Of a DNA stretch of 64,000 nucleotides, positions 26,703 through 39,814 are shown in pieces (position 1 is the first letter of the stretch; every line of letters starts with the position of its first letter). The stretch lies in the NCBI RefSeq assembly GCF_009914755.1, contig NC_060931.1, one strand, 5' to 3'. Source of the stretch: the human T2T-CHM13v2.0 reference genome, Homo sapiens. Both the position numbers and the translations under genes were made by a program. Under the pieces are notes generated by a model. That model was not told the origin of the DNA. It saw only the letters and a list, made by a program, of their open reading frames with translations, and ran no database searches.

Positions 26703-29289
26703 CTAACAGAGACAGAAAGAGAAAGCAACTGCCAGAGCTGTTGCGGTGGAATGAAGGGGCAGGGCTGCACATTTTTGGGTTTTAGTTTTTAATTTTTCAA
26801 ACACCATTGAGTGTATGAGGGTTTTGGCTTGTGAACAGCAATCTTTCCCTCATGGGCCTATCCTAGTTTGTGGTCACAAGGAGACACTTGGAGAGCACAG
26901 GTCAGAATAAGTGAACAGGCAGCAGAGGTCATACAAGGAAAACACTAGAGAAAGGATGCTTTAAAAACAATGCTATAAAATGATAGCAGGCAAAGAGGTC
27001 TTTAAAATGTCACTTGAGTAAGCACCAAAACATTGAAATTCCCCAAAGTCTGTGGAAAGAATGAATGGTGATTTGCAAAGTTTTATGTATAAATACAAGC
27101 TCTCTTTTAACTAAGATCTAAGTTCTCAGGCTTTGCGTGCTGGAGGAGGGGCGGAGAGTATGAGATACAAAGTTTCCTAAAGAAAATGAGAACAAAGGTA
27201 AAGAAATGAAATGAGACTGCCTCACAAACATGGCATGCAGGAAATGCCCAGAATAGAGACAGAATAGGAGTCACTGCTGCTTCTTAGATGCTATTTACTT
27301 GAAGTGTGTTTTATCTTAAACATATCCTTCTGTGTGCTGTTTTCATTATCCTCATTAGGAGATTAGGGGAACATTTACTCAGTTTAAAATTCTTGCCTTT
27401 CATTCCCTCAAGACTCATCAAACGCTGGAGTAATGTAGAAGAATAAATAATATTGTAAAAGAATTTTTTCTTTACTGAATCACAGGGAACATAACATTAC
27501 TTTTAAATATGTTCTTAAAGAGAAAAGGTCTTTTCACAGTGGTAACGCTTCATATTTTAGAAGAAAATGTGCATTTAATTAAAATTCCATATGACAATCA
27601 TAGCATATTATTTAAATACCAAATGACTATTAAAATCACATTTAATTGTGGTCTAAAAAATATAACAGATATGTACCCACAAAACAGCTGTTAAACATCA
27701 CCAAAATTTCCTTGATCAGCTTTCTTTTTTTCCTTAAGCATTTCCCAATTACAATTAGCCCGGTTTTGAGAAACGTTTCTTATGCACACATGCACACATA
27801 CACACATGCAGACACACCAGACACACACACTCATCTTATGAATGTTATAACAAGAAATTTTGTTGAACTGAATGACAATTTTGTGAGGATTATCAGTGAT
27901 TCAAAAATAATAGCAGAAAAACCCTGAATTTTCCATGTCGGCATGGATGTCTTCACTATGACGTGCTGTATAGAATCAAAGAGCACCAGGAGAATATCAA
28001 ATATATGCCACATTGAAGACAGAGAAGAGGAGAGAGCTGTCACTCTCAGATGAATATTAATACAGCTACTACAACTGCATGGTTCAGTATATTCCAAAGG
28101 GCTTTGTGATACCAACTCTGGCACTAAAAAACTGTGGTTGTATTCTGTCAAATCCACACATGACTTTGAAAGCATGTGACTATTCAATATTCACTTTTGA
28201 AATAGCCAACTAAATTAAACTCTCCATGAGGAAATGGTTTTTGTGTAGCCAAACATCTCAGTGCAATTCATCAAGGTAAACATTTGATTCAGGGATTGCA
28301 AATAAGGCAGTTGCTGTCACCAAATTTGTAGGCAAAATTGCACAGAGTACAAAATCAATTAGACTTTTCCTCCTATTCTACTTTTGGGTGCATTTCACTC
28401 CCTTTTGGCTTCTCAGGATGCCAGTTATCTTGACTGCAGATTCTAGAAGTCCTTAGGCAGGCCAGGCCCATTCCTGTACTATAGTATCACACTTAAATTT
28501 CTTCTTCCCCCAGAAATCTGCTATTTTACAGTAATTTTCCTTCCTACCCCCAATTCCATTCCCACAAAATCCTCATTCATTAAGACTCAGGCAAATGGCA
28601 AAGTGTTTAAAATAATTCACACTAGAAGACAAACTTGCAGGGAGTTATCTACAATTACGGAGGGGCGCTTCACAAACGGATCTTTGCCTCCCCTGGGCCC
28701 TCTCTCTCCCGCCTTACTCCTTGCCTTTCTCTGCCTCTGATTTTCTTTTGTTTTAAAAAAGCAACCTAGGACTTCTGGGTAAGAATGTGATGTCAGCACA
28801 AGTGTCTAATTCCTCTCCTTCCAGATCCCCATTAAAATGACCAATAGGTATAAAAATAAGAGAAAAAACTGCTCCAGTGCTGACACTTGGAAAGCCTAAA
28901 CTTGCACACCGAATCTCCAACAATTTCTGTTAGATGAGAATGAATCGAAAGAAAAGGCGGACTCATGACTCACCCTAAGTGGAAGAGGGGCAGTGTGCAG
29001 ACAAAGCGAGTGTAGAGACACAGATGGAACCCTGTTAATAGCCCTTAGGTTAAAGGAGCAAGGGCTGGACATGAGGTTAGACCATCAGGAGGTCAGGAGA
29101 ACATCTGGAATCCTTCATCCTGTTTGAAAAGTGTGAGCTGCTCCTGGGGGAAGCTATTGCAATGGGGCTTACCCACAGCCCAACTACCTAATCCGAAACC
29201 TAACCCTAACCCAGCCGTGCCACAGGACGGGGACGCGGGTAGGGGCAGCGGGTGATGAATGTTTTTGTGCTCAGAGCCTCAAATGCATC

Positions 29290-29670
29290 TCAGCTTATTT
29301 CCTAAGGATACACTCTTGAAAAGAGAATGATCAGGCCCCAAACTGTGAACATTTTTCTGATTACTAATTAGAAAATTGCTCCACAAAAAGATTGTAACAA
29401 TTTACACCTCCACTAAACAGCAAACTGCAGTCCCCTTTTCACCAACCCTCACCAGTGTCAGACATTAACAACAGATAAAAAATGACAACTTATAGTTGTT
29501 TAATTTATACTGAGTATTAAGAAAGTTGAATTCTTCTCTCTTTTAATGTGCTTTAGACATTTGCATATATTTCTTCTTTTTTGAATTTCCCTTGCCCATT
29601 TTTCTTTTTCATTTTGGGGCCCATCCATTTCATATTGATTTGTGAGACTCTTGTCTATAAGGGAAGGTAA
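29290..29670 (-). mobile_element. L1ME-type 3' fragment
   Basis: aaattgctccacaaaaagattgtaacaatttacacctccac. Confidence 0.6.
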
Positions 29671-30004
29671 CACTTTCAGAGAAAGAATGCGATCCCAGTT
29701 CTTCCTTTCAATGTTTTAAGGCAGAGAAAACTTGGTTTCTAGGGGTTAAACAATAAAAGTGCACCCATGTAAACAAGTCCCGCGGTATAAACTTACCAGT
29801 ATAATTCGCAGCCTTCTTCCTTATCCTTTTTCTGGGTCTGATTGTTTTAAGAGATGCTCTGATTTCATGCTATTTTGTGTTTAGCTTTTGTTGTTGTTAT
29901 TTTTTGATTTTTTTTTTAGAATGAGTATCTGGGTATATGTACAGGGGTCATATTTTGTGAACTTCACATCAAATCACCTTGTCTGATAAATGAGAAGAAC
30001 AAGA

Positions 30005-30125
30005 CACTTAAAAAAAAAAAGGAAGCAACAGAAATTTATTTTCCTACAGTTCTGGAGGCTGGCAGTCTGGCATCAAGGTATCAGGGCAGGGTTAATTTGA
30101 CTTGTAGATGGTTGTCTTCTGTTTT
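30005..30125 (-). mobile_element. MLT1 LTR fragment
   Basis: caacagaaatttattttcctacagttctggaggctggcagtc. Confidence 0.7.
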
Positions 30126-30382
30126 CACGCGGTGGGCACTTTTCTTTTAGGCAATACCTCCAAAAGAATAGGATGATGCTTGTCGTATGTTCATTTTAAT
30201 TTTTCCAACAATATTAGCAAACCCCGGCCTAGCAAGGTGTCACAAATAGGTGCTTGATATGTAAGAGATTATTGGGTAAGTGTTAAGAGACTGAGGAGCA
30301 TGTCCTAAGCAATGAGGACAAATGAGCAGGGGACAGAGGGCCCCCAAAAGGGAAGTATTCTGCCTGTAAGAAACTACAGGTA

Positions 30383-30768
30383 TGGGGCACATATACACCA
30401 TGGAATACTAAGCAGCCATAAAAAAGAATGAGTTCATGTCCTTCGCAGGGACATGGTTGAAGCTGGAAACCATAATTCTCAGCAAACTACTACAGGAACA
30501 GAAAACCAAATACCGCATGTTCTCACTTATAAGTGGGAGCTGAACGATGAAAACACATGGACACAGGGAGGGGAACATCACACACTGGGGCCTGTTGGGG
30601 AGCGGGGAGCACAGGGAGGGAGAGCATTAAGACAAATACCTAATGCATGCAGGGCTTAAAACCTAGATGACAGGTTGATTGGTGCAGCAAAGCACCATGG
30701 CACATGTATACCTATGTAACCAACCTGCACATTCTGCACATGTATCCTAGAACTTAAAGTTAAAAAAA
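30383..30768 (+). mobile_element. 5'-truncated L1PA (L1PA8-like) 3' end
   Basis: gacaaatacctaatgcatgcagggcttaaaacctagatgac; TSD aaac(t)acaggta on both sides. Confidence 0.9.
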
Positions 30769-32099
30769 CACAGGTAAACATTGCCTAATTTATAGCTTTA
30801 CTTCAGGAGACTTAAGTTTCAGGGCAGGTAGAGCGAATTCCACACTTAAATATATTCTGTATGGTTCACTAGGAGTTTTCACAGTCATCGCTTGCAGCTG
30901 AACACTACTCAAGTTCCTATTAATAGCCATGCTCAAAATGGTCCTACAACTCAGCCTCTGGAGCCTACGACTTTAAAATGCCTGAGGCCAGCTGAGCAGA
31001 AGGCTGTGGCTGCTGTGTCCAGTGAAATCCTTATGGCTCTTAAGTTTGGCTGGCATTTTAAAAAGTAAGCTGAGAGTTTCTGTGATTTCCTTCTGAAAAA
31101 TGCAAAAGAAGTGGCTTCTGTGGGACACCTGGATATCTTATTCTTTACTTACTACTGCTGCAAATGCTTTACAGATCTTCCATTGTGAGGCTGCAGAGAA
31201 GGGGGAGAGCTCCTGCCCTGGAGGTATTTCTCTCATCCCATTTGAGGACCCTAATGAAATGTGCTGGTTTCAGAGCTGTAGCAGCTTGCAGTTCTCCACA
31301 ATTGAATTCCACTCTCTAATGAGTTCCCCTAAATCTGCCATCAGATGACTTTATTGACTTCAGATCGTAATTAACCAACACTCACTTTTTGCAGTTATTT
31401 TGATTTTTTCCCCCATTCTGTGTTTGAATGTCTGGATCCAACCTAAGTCATATTTTCCGACAGATACTTAATGATCCAACACCAACAAGGGATGCTGTCT
31501 CTTCTCGTCACTTCTGAAAGAAATATTACGGGAGTGGGAAGTGGGGAAGCAGCCTGGAGTATTTTCCAGAACCACTTGATGTCTGAAAAAGTAAGTAGTG
31601 GGAAAGAGACCCTTCAATGGGTAATTGACACTGTTTGTGATGTTTTTATTACTTTTCAATTAGGGGAGGTGATAGAACATTCTGTGAGCAGAAAGGCTTG
31701 GCTTCATTAGAAGCACATGCTGGCTAAAGTTGTAGATGGACAAGGCTAACTCAGTTGCCACCTTTTCCTTTTTACTTGTTAGCAGACTGAGATAAAGTCT
31801 GTGATAAATAAGCAGTTAGAAAAAGATCTCCTTGTTTGTTCTAAAGAGATGCATTCTCTTCAGCTTCCCCATCATTTGTTTAAATTTGGCTTCCAGACTA
31901 TCCAGCACAATGCCTGAGTTGGAAAACGCTCATTAAACAGACATTGCATTTTAACCCATGTGCGCAGGCACGCCACACAGCCTGCGTGCCTTTTGTAAAG
32001 TGTTCTTTGTAATGTGGAGCAGATAGATTTAAGTGCTTCACAATTAAGAGTCGGAACCTAGCACCTAGGGGATATAGATGAGTCAATTAATTAGTGAGG

Positions 32100-32500
32100 C
32101 AGTCTTTATTGGGCAGAGCAATGAGTCCCATTTTCCTGATGGGAGATTTGTGGCCCAGAGGAAATTAAGATCAGTTCAGCATACGGGCTAATTGCACAGA
32201 TGTCACTTAAAAGTAATTAACATCCTTTCCTCTAAAGCCAGGTTTCTGCTCTCCAGCCCTTATTCCTAATAATCCCAACATGTCCTTAGTAATCCCTGTC
32301 CCACCTCTCACCACCGTGTATCCTGGGACAATTTGACTTCTCTGAACCTCAGTCTCCTAATTTGTACAGTGACAGATGAAGAAACCTAACCTTCCAAGGT
32401 TTTCGTGAAGGCTAAGTGAGGTACTATTGGTAAAGTCTTAGGACATTGCTTGCTGGCACAGATTAATTATTTAGCATAGGAATGCAAATAATAAACAGTA
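32100..32500. mobile_element. Two MIR fragments (opposite orientations)
   Basis: cccattttcctgatgggagatttgtggcccagag; ttctctgaacctcagtctcctaatttgta. Confidence 0.6.
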
Positions 32501-33599
32501 ATATTAAGAATGATAATCAGAATTTCATGCTTGCACATGAGAAACCCACTGGGTTTGGGGTCCCAGAACTACGTTGGTCCCAGTAAGGACCCAGTGGGAG
32601 TGCCCACCTCTGTAACCAGAGTTACAGGGCAAACCAAAGAGTAAGGATGGTACTTCTCAAATTCAAGCACCAGTCTGTGCATAACATCTCAGTCAGTAAG
32701 ACAGGGCTCAGGGGCCTGGCCAACACACTCGTGAACTTGGCCACTGCCATTCTGGTTTGGATTATTTCAGATGGCTTCTCTGGGCAACTTCCACTCTAAA
32801 TTTGAAGCACACCTTGAGGGTACTCATGTTGAAGTTCAAAGGAGTCTGGTAACTGATTAAAAATGTATTTCCCAGTTTGCAGCTCCTTCTGTTCTCTCTC
32901 TAAACAAGGAAATGGCCAGAAGCAGAAGGCCTCAGGAAGGTGACAGGAAAGGGCAGCCCAGGAGCAGGGTGGGGGTGGGGATGGGCAGTGTGTATTTTAG
33001 CTCAATTTGAGCCCTGTCTTGCCGACTCAGATGTTATGCACAGACTGGTGCTTGAACTTGAGGAGCACCATCCTTATTCTTTGGTTGTAGATCTTGTGGG
33101 CCCAGAGCCCATCAGCTCTTGGCCATACCTGGCCTGGGTCAGTGCATGAGGCTGGGCATTGGAGGTTCGAAGCTGTGCATGTGTTGGCTATGATTGAATG
33201 GATCCACTGCTTGCAGTTGTCATTTAAATGATGATTGTTTAAATTATTCCTTGATCAGCATCTGACTGACTGGAGTCTTCAGTCTGGAACTGGTCTCCTA
33301 GAGTCACATTGCAGCCACCTAGAGCCCCTGGAGGCTGGAAGGGTTGAGCAGGAGTCTAGCAAGACTTGCTGGAGTATAACTGCTCAGGGACACTGCCTGA
33401 ATAAGGTCGCTCTTTGGAATTAAGAAAGAATAAAGCTGCATGGGCATATTATTAAAAAAACGTTGTGTTCTTTCAAAACAGAGTCCTGTGTGCAGGCCTT
33501 CAACAGACTGAGACTGTGAATGATAATTCTTCATTGTTCAAATTTTTCCCAAAAACTCTGCTGAAATGTGGATCAGCAGCCACATCACAAAGATTCTCA

Positions 33600-34150
33600 T
33601 TTGCTCCATTTGGAGAAACATAGAGTAGAGAGGTTGCCAGAGAGCCTTACAGCTTTGCAGCCTTGGTCAAGTTCTGGGCTTCTAGATGGGCATGGGATCT
33701 TGGGAAAGTTACTTCACCTTTCCAAGCCTCTGCTTTCTCTTCTACAAAATGGGGAAAATAATGCTTATTTCAGGGGTTTGCGAGATGGATGAAAATAGGT
33801 ACTGCAATTGTCCTTGGCACAGGGACAATGAACTCAGTAGGTGCTCAGTATAAGGCAGTTATTGATGGTGTTGATAGTAACACTTTATTAAATAATATAG
33901 TTGTGATAAAGAAGAAAAGTGATAGAGCCTTGAGGGGCATCAGGAACAGCAGTGTTCTGGGCTTACTAAACCATAGCTCCTTCAATCCTCACCCCATCCT
34001 GCCAGGGGGGTATTGTTAGGCATTCTGCTCAGAGAGAAAGGGAGCTGGCATATGTGAAGTGGCTTGCATATGTGAAGTGGCTTACATATTCAATGGCTAG
34101 GAAGCAAAGGAGCCAGGATTCAGACCCAGGGCTGTCTCACATGACAGCTC
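33600..34150. mobile_element. MIR fragments; 18-bp tandem duplication at 34048-34083
   Basis: ttgggaaagttacttcacctttccaagcctc...aaaatggggaaaataat; ggagccaggattcagacccagg; gcatatgtgaagtggctt x2. Confidence 0.65.
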
Positions 34151-34329
34151 TTGCTGTTTCCTATAACAGTGCAGCACCCATCCCTTTCCCAAGTCACATA
34201 GAAAATTAGTCCATCAGCTGAGGTGTGGCTTGTTCTACTGGCCCCCCTCTGGGGAAAGCACAACCTCCCTTCTGGTTTAAGCTGCTTTTGCTCTTGTTTT
34301 CCAAGCATGTTCTTCAATCTCCCTGTATT

Positions 34330-34610
34330 CCTTCTTTACCTAATTAAGATGTACTCATTCTTTTCTAAGTGAGTTGAACTGTGACTTTTCTGATCTTCAG
34401 AGCTGGGCTAATGGACCTTCTTGAATTCCCAAACCAATTGCTAAACACAGCTCTTTCATCACACCTGCCTCTCTGGCTTGGAATAATCTATTTATAGATC
34501 TGTCTTCCTACTAGACTGTAAGCTCTTGGAGGGTTATGTTTATCCTTTTCCTCCAGTACCTAACATAGGGCCTGACCACTATAGAAGCTCCATATGTGTT
34601 TATTAAATTA
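34330..34610 (+). mobile_element. L2 3' end
   Basis: tgtcttcctactagactgtaagctcttggaggg...cctaacatagggcctgac. Confidence 0.7.
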
Positions 34611-35023
34611 AGCTAAACTTAAGTCGACTTGGAGATGTACTTCTGAAGTTCATGTTTTTCCTTTCCTTTATCTATAAATGTGAAAAAAAAAACAGTGAGA
34701 ATGATTTTGCTTTGATTATGGAACAGTGTTCATGTGAATGAATTTCATAATATTTTAATTAAATATTTCATAACTTGATTCCTAAATACATGTACACACT
34801 GACCAAATGTGGCCCCAAAATATATTTAGTTTAAAGATTTCCAGCCAATACTTCAAGTTTTCCATGGTTTTCATGTTAAAAAAAAGTAAACCACACTCTG
34901 AAAAAAAAAAAAAAAAAACTGAAGAAACACAAACTAAAAAAACTAGTAACTCCCTTTCTACTACCCTTTGATCTCAATTTCTAGTGACAGCTACTACTAT
35001 TAATATGGGTTATATCCTTTTAG

Positions 35024-35226
35024 ACCAATATCAACCAACAGAACTCTCTGCGATGATGAAAATGTTCTGTAGCTATGCTAATTTCTACTAGCCGTTTGTA
35101 ACTATTGAACTCTTGAAATGTGGCCAGTGTGATTGAAGAATTGAACTGTTAGTATAATGTAATTGCAATTAGATTTATATGCAAAAAGCTACATGATGTT
35201 GTGTTTGGCATGTTAGGAAGCACAGG
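35024..35226. mobile_element. MER3-like hAT-Charlie MITE
   Basis: agaactctctgcgatgatgaaaatgttctg...ttgaaatgtggccagtgtgattgaagaattgaa. Confidence 0.75.
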
Positions 35227-35256
35227 TCTATCTCTTTGAATATGCAAGCCTATATT

Positions 35257-35259
<3 letters not shown>

Positions 35260-35309
<50 letters not shown>
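35260..35309. repeat. Perfect (TA)25 microsatellite
   Basis: uninterrupted TA run. Confidence 0.98.
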
Positions 35310-35314
<5 letters not shown>

Positions 35315-36727
35315 TAAAACCACATTTATATTGGTCAAAAGGAATACCTGAAAACTGTTAGTGCCAGGAACTTGGTGGCTTTGCTCACCAGAGTTTATTT
35401 GTAATACCTAGTAGTAGTTTTGTCATTTTGTTCTAGGACCACAAGGGAATATGCTAAGAAAGATATGCACTAACAGGTGTGATGCTGGAAGTGGGATTCA
35501 TGGCAGCTGGATTGCGACCTTTTGTTTCCTTTTTTCTTTTTAAGCTCTTAGTACAAAGAAATGCAGTCAGGTGGCAGAAGAATTTCCTTACTGTGAATGC
35601 TTTTAACTTTAAGGGATATTCTTTAAGAAGGTTAGAGAATTCTTTTCTCTAATGCTTATTAAAAATATCCTAAAAAGTCTTAATAATCTGGGGTGTTTAA
35701 GTATTAGTCATGCCCATACCAGGGGGGATGGGCCACGTGGTCTGTTCTACCAGCTTGATTCTGATAAATCACAGATTCCATTTATAAATCCTAGTGAGGT
35801 TTTTGGGAAAGAATCATTTTTCCTCTTTATGATGACAGTGAAAAAGCTGCTGAACAAATATGTATTAAATGTTGACTGTTTTTTAAAAATACCATGGTCA
35901 GGGGGATAACACAGTCTGTGTATTATCACAGCAGGAGGAGGGAAAGGCCCAGGTAGGCTCATAAACGCCACTGCCACGGTTCCACACTTTCAGAAATGGG
36001 TTGAGCAGTTGTGTGTCATATTTTGGTAGTGTTAAACACCAGGTTTTCAGCCCAGGGATCTGAGGCCCTGCTTCAACCAAGTTGTCTCTCCCTGTCAGTC
36101 ACTTCTATTCAATGGCTCTGCTTTACCGTCGCTGATCTCATGCACCCCAGTCATGGGTTTAAGCCCTGTCTGGGCTTGTGAGCACAGGCAGCTGTCCTAA
36201 CCTGAGGCAGCCCCCTTGAAAACACACACCCTTTGTCACAAGCAGATCTGAGTACAGAATATGGCAGAGACACGGAGCTGAATACTCACCCAGTTCCCAC
36301 TAAAATCTAATTTTATTTGAATGTAAAAAGCGTGACAGTGACTATGTTGCTGATTCCAAACTCTGCTTCCTCAACCCCCACAAACCAATTGAGAGACTGT
36401 GAATTAAACATTGCATAAGAAACAGACATCATTTTTATTCCTCACTTGGAATCATCTCAGCATCACCTTCACTTAATCACAATTGCAAAACACCCCAGAG
36501 TCTACAAGAGAAGTTGTCTAGGGGTCTCATCAGAAAGAGAGGGAGACAGGATATAAAATTACTTCACATCTCAATAGATAAGAGGTCAGTGTCCCCTGGA
36601 TGACCTGATGAGGGTCAAGTTTCTCTTGTGCCTTAAAGTCCTTATGGCTTCTGGTGCAGCCCTGCCCTGACCAGAGCTGATAATTCATCTACGGAGCTCA
36701 GCTCAGAGGCCCACAGCAGTACAGGAT

Positions 36728-36882
36728 CTTGCTACCCAAAAACATGGCCTTTGGACCTGCAGCATCAGGGTTATCTGGGACACTTTTAGAAATGCAGAGT
36801 CTCAGGCCCCCCACTGAATTAGAATCTGTATTTTTAGGAGGCTGCACGTGGTTTGTATGCATATTAAAATCTGAGGAACACT
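36728..36882. mobile_element. MER5A hAT-Charlie
   Basis: gcagcatcagggttatctggga...ttagaaatgcagagtctcaggcccc...tattaaaatctgaggaacact. Confidence 0.8.
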
Positions 36883-38240
36883 ATCTCCGAGTGTCTGAAC
36901 TTTATCTCCTGAGGGGATCCTGATGTGCAAATCCTGTTTGGCCTCTAAGGTCCTTGATTACAGACTGTATCTTTTAATCTTTCTGATCTAAATCAAGTTT
37001 TCTTTCTGTGCACCTATAATAACTGGCATTTACAAAGCATTCCATTTCTCGCTTTTCTCAGTTTTCTGCCCAGAGATTTGCTAAAATGCTCCTGGGTTTG
37101 CTTTGGAAAGCCAGGTGGCTGTATTTGGGTCAAAGACTTGCTGTAAGTTGATTACCATCTATGGTTCTGAAAAATTAAGTGGAAACATCTGTTCTGAGGT
37201 CAAGATGAATTTAGTTGACACTCAGGATAGATCCCTGAAATTGCACACAACACGGGGCCAGAGCCTTCTTGTTTAGGGCTGCTGTTAAGGAGGGCCTCTG
37301 CCAAGCCGGCAATGGATATTAATCACATCCCAGTCACTGGGATTTCAAACACTGAGAGGGAAAATCTCTGAGAACATGCAATGGTGTGAAGGGCTACACA
37401 ATTTTGCATATGGAACATAATACCATGGGAGGGACATGTTCTCTGGATTTGGATTCTCTTCTTTGTTTTATCGGAACAAATACAGTTTGTTGGAGCTTTC
37501 AGGAATCTTCATTTCTACATGGCTGTCACCTGGAATTTGACTGCGTTCCTACCTCTGGTTCATAAGAATCACTTTACAGTGCTCAGACACAACCTCAGGT
37601 CTACAGAATCAAGTCTCCAAATGTGAGACACCTATATTTATCTCCAGCTCTACAGGTAATCTTGGTGCACGGGCACAGTCCATGATTTAGGAATGTCCTG
37701 GAAGTGTCTTATGGGAGCTCAGTAAAATTCTGCAGGAGATAAACATGCCAATGTACACTGTAACATTAGACCAGCTCAAAAACAGGAGCTGGTGTTTTCT
37801 AACTTCTTGAGGCTCAGCGTTTGAACCCTCGGCCAAAATGCTTGTGCAGATAACTGATTCAACCTGTGAAAAGAGACACTGAGGTCAGAAATGTTTTGCT
37901 AGGCACTCTGGAAAAAGAAAACCCAAAAACTCCAAACCAACAACGTTAGACTGAATGGGGTTCAAGAAACATCCTCAGGCCAAAAAGCCATTTGGCATTG
38001 ATTACTGGGGAAAGTGATAAAGGGAGAAGGTTGATGGGGTATACTGGATGTGAAGAGCCTTGAATGCATTATTCTGTTCAAGTATGTAATTTCAGATATT
38101 TATTGATCACTTACCGTGTTCATGGCACTGTGCCTCAGAACATGCTGGAAAGATGATAATTCGACAAGACTTTCATTTGTATTGTGTATGTGAATGAAAA
38201 GGGCCTTTCAAGAGTGAACTTCAGAAATACAAAGAGTGTG

Positions 38241-38567
38241 CAGATGGTCCCAGACTTACAATGGTTCAACTTATAATGATTTGACTTTACAATGGTGCAA
38301 AAGCAATATGCATTCAGTAGAAACTGTCCTTTAAGAACCTGCACAACCATTCTATTTTTGACCTTTAGTATTTAATAAATTACATGATAGTCAACACTTT
38401 ATTATAAAATAGGCTTCGCTTTAGGTGATTTTACCCAACTGTAAGCTAATGTAAGTACTCTGAGTACATTTAAGGTAGGCTAGGCTAAGCTATGATGTTC
38501 AGTAGGTTATTTTCAATGTATGATGGGTTATCATAACATAACCCCAAAATAAGTCAAGGAGCATATG
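38241..38567 (-). mobile_element. MER47A TcMar-Tigger MITE
   Basis: TIRs cagatggtcccagacttac ... taagtcaaggagcatatg; internal aaggtaggctaggctaagctatgatgttc. Confidence 0.9.
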
Positions 38568-39814
38568 CATTAGGATGGGCCTTTTAGGCACCACCTGGAG
38601 CTTGGTTGAGCTGACTAGGCTGAGATATTGACCACAATCTTGCTGCCTGCTTGTCTGCTCTAATTTTGGACTTTAATTCTGATGGCTAGTTTGGGGCCAA
38701 TATTAGTGGTGTGTGGAGGTTGCCTGAGTGTGTGTGTTTGCGTGTATGTGAGAAGGGTGTTAGTCCGTTTTCTTCCATAACTACTGCATTCTTTTACATA
38801 AAAAAAACTGCTATCTTGTCAACCATAGGCAAAGTTCTGTGTCAGCGTGGTTTCATTCTTGCCCTGCCACCCATACTGCCTTCTCCAAATATTCTTTATA
38901 TAGAAATTCTGGAATCATGAATTACCTCTGGCTTGGGCCCGTTTGCTGAACCATGTCTCTTCCAATCGACTTTTTGCCTCTTATCCCAGTCCCTGGCTGG
39001 CAAGTGCTAATCTCCCTTCTGTAGAGTAAAAATCTGAGCTTGAGTCCCATGATGATAGCCACAGTCCTTGCTGAAGGATATCGATGGTGGCTCTTGCCTG
39101 CTTGGACATCCATGTATCTGCCATTCCTAAGTTTTTTTTCTTCTGTTGTTCTACCCCATGAGGACACTTCTTGTTAGACCGTCTGAAATTGACTATTGGC
39201 CTGTTCTCTTGCATCTCTCTTGGCTATTAAACTCTGCCTGTTGGCCTGGACTTCCTCCAAGCATCAGCAGCTGGGTCAAGCTGCCTACCACCTGTCCCAC
39301 CCCAGGAGGGAAGGGCTGGTTTTAAGGTCTTGGCCCCTCCTCAGTCCCACTCTCTTCAAGTTCCTCAGTCTACTCAATTAATTGAGTCATGCCTGGCTGT
39401 ATTCCAAGATATAGCCCAGACAGGGGGAGAAGTTGCATTTAGTTTGCACAGGGATGGCTCTGTGACTAGCCTTGCGTTTCAAGAACCCTTGTAACAATCA
39501 AGCTACCATTCCAAGAAGATTATCTGACACCTCAAAAGGACTTCTTATAAATTGATTCATACACATTATTGCCATTATACCCTCCCCTAGTCTTGATGAT
39601 GTAATAATAATCAGTATTCCCATCTTATAGGTAGGGAAATGATCTGAAGTTTTTCCACTATTAATCATTGCCTGAAGTTTATTTTACTGCATTTCAGTTC
39701 TCAGATTAATCTTGTCCATGCAAAGAGGTAGTAATTTTTAATAGTGGGAGACACCCAAACGGAGATCTTTTTCCAACTCTAGGCATACATCGTGTAATTA
39801 ATAACAAACTCTTT

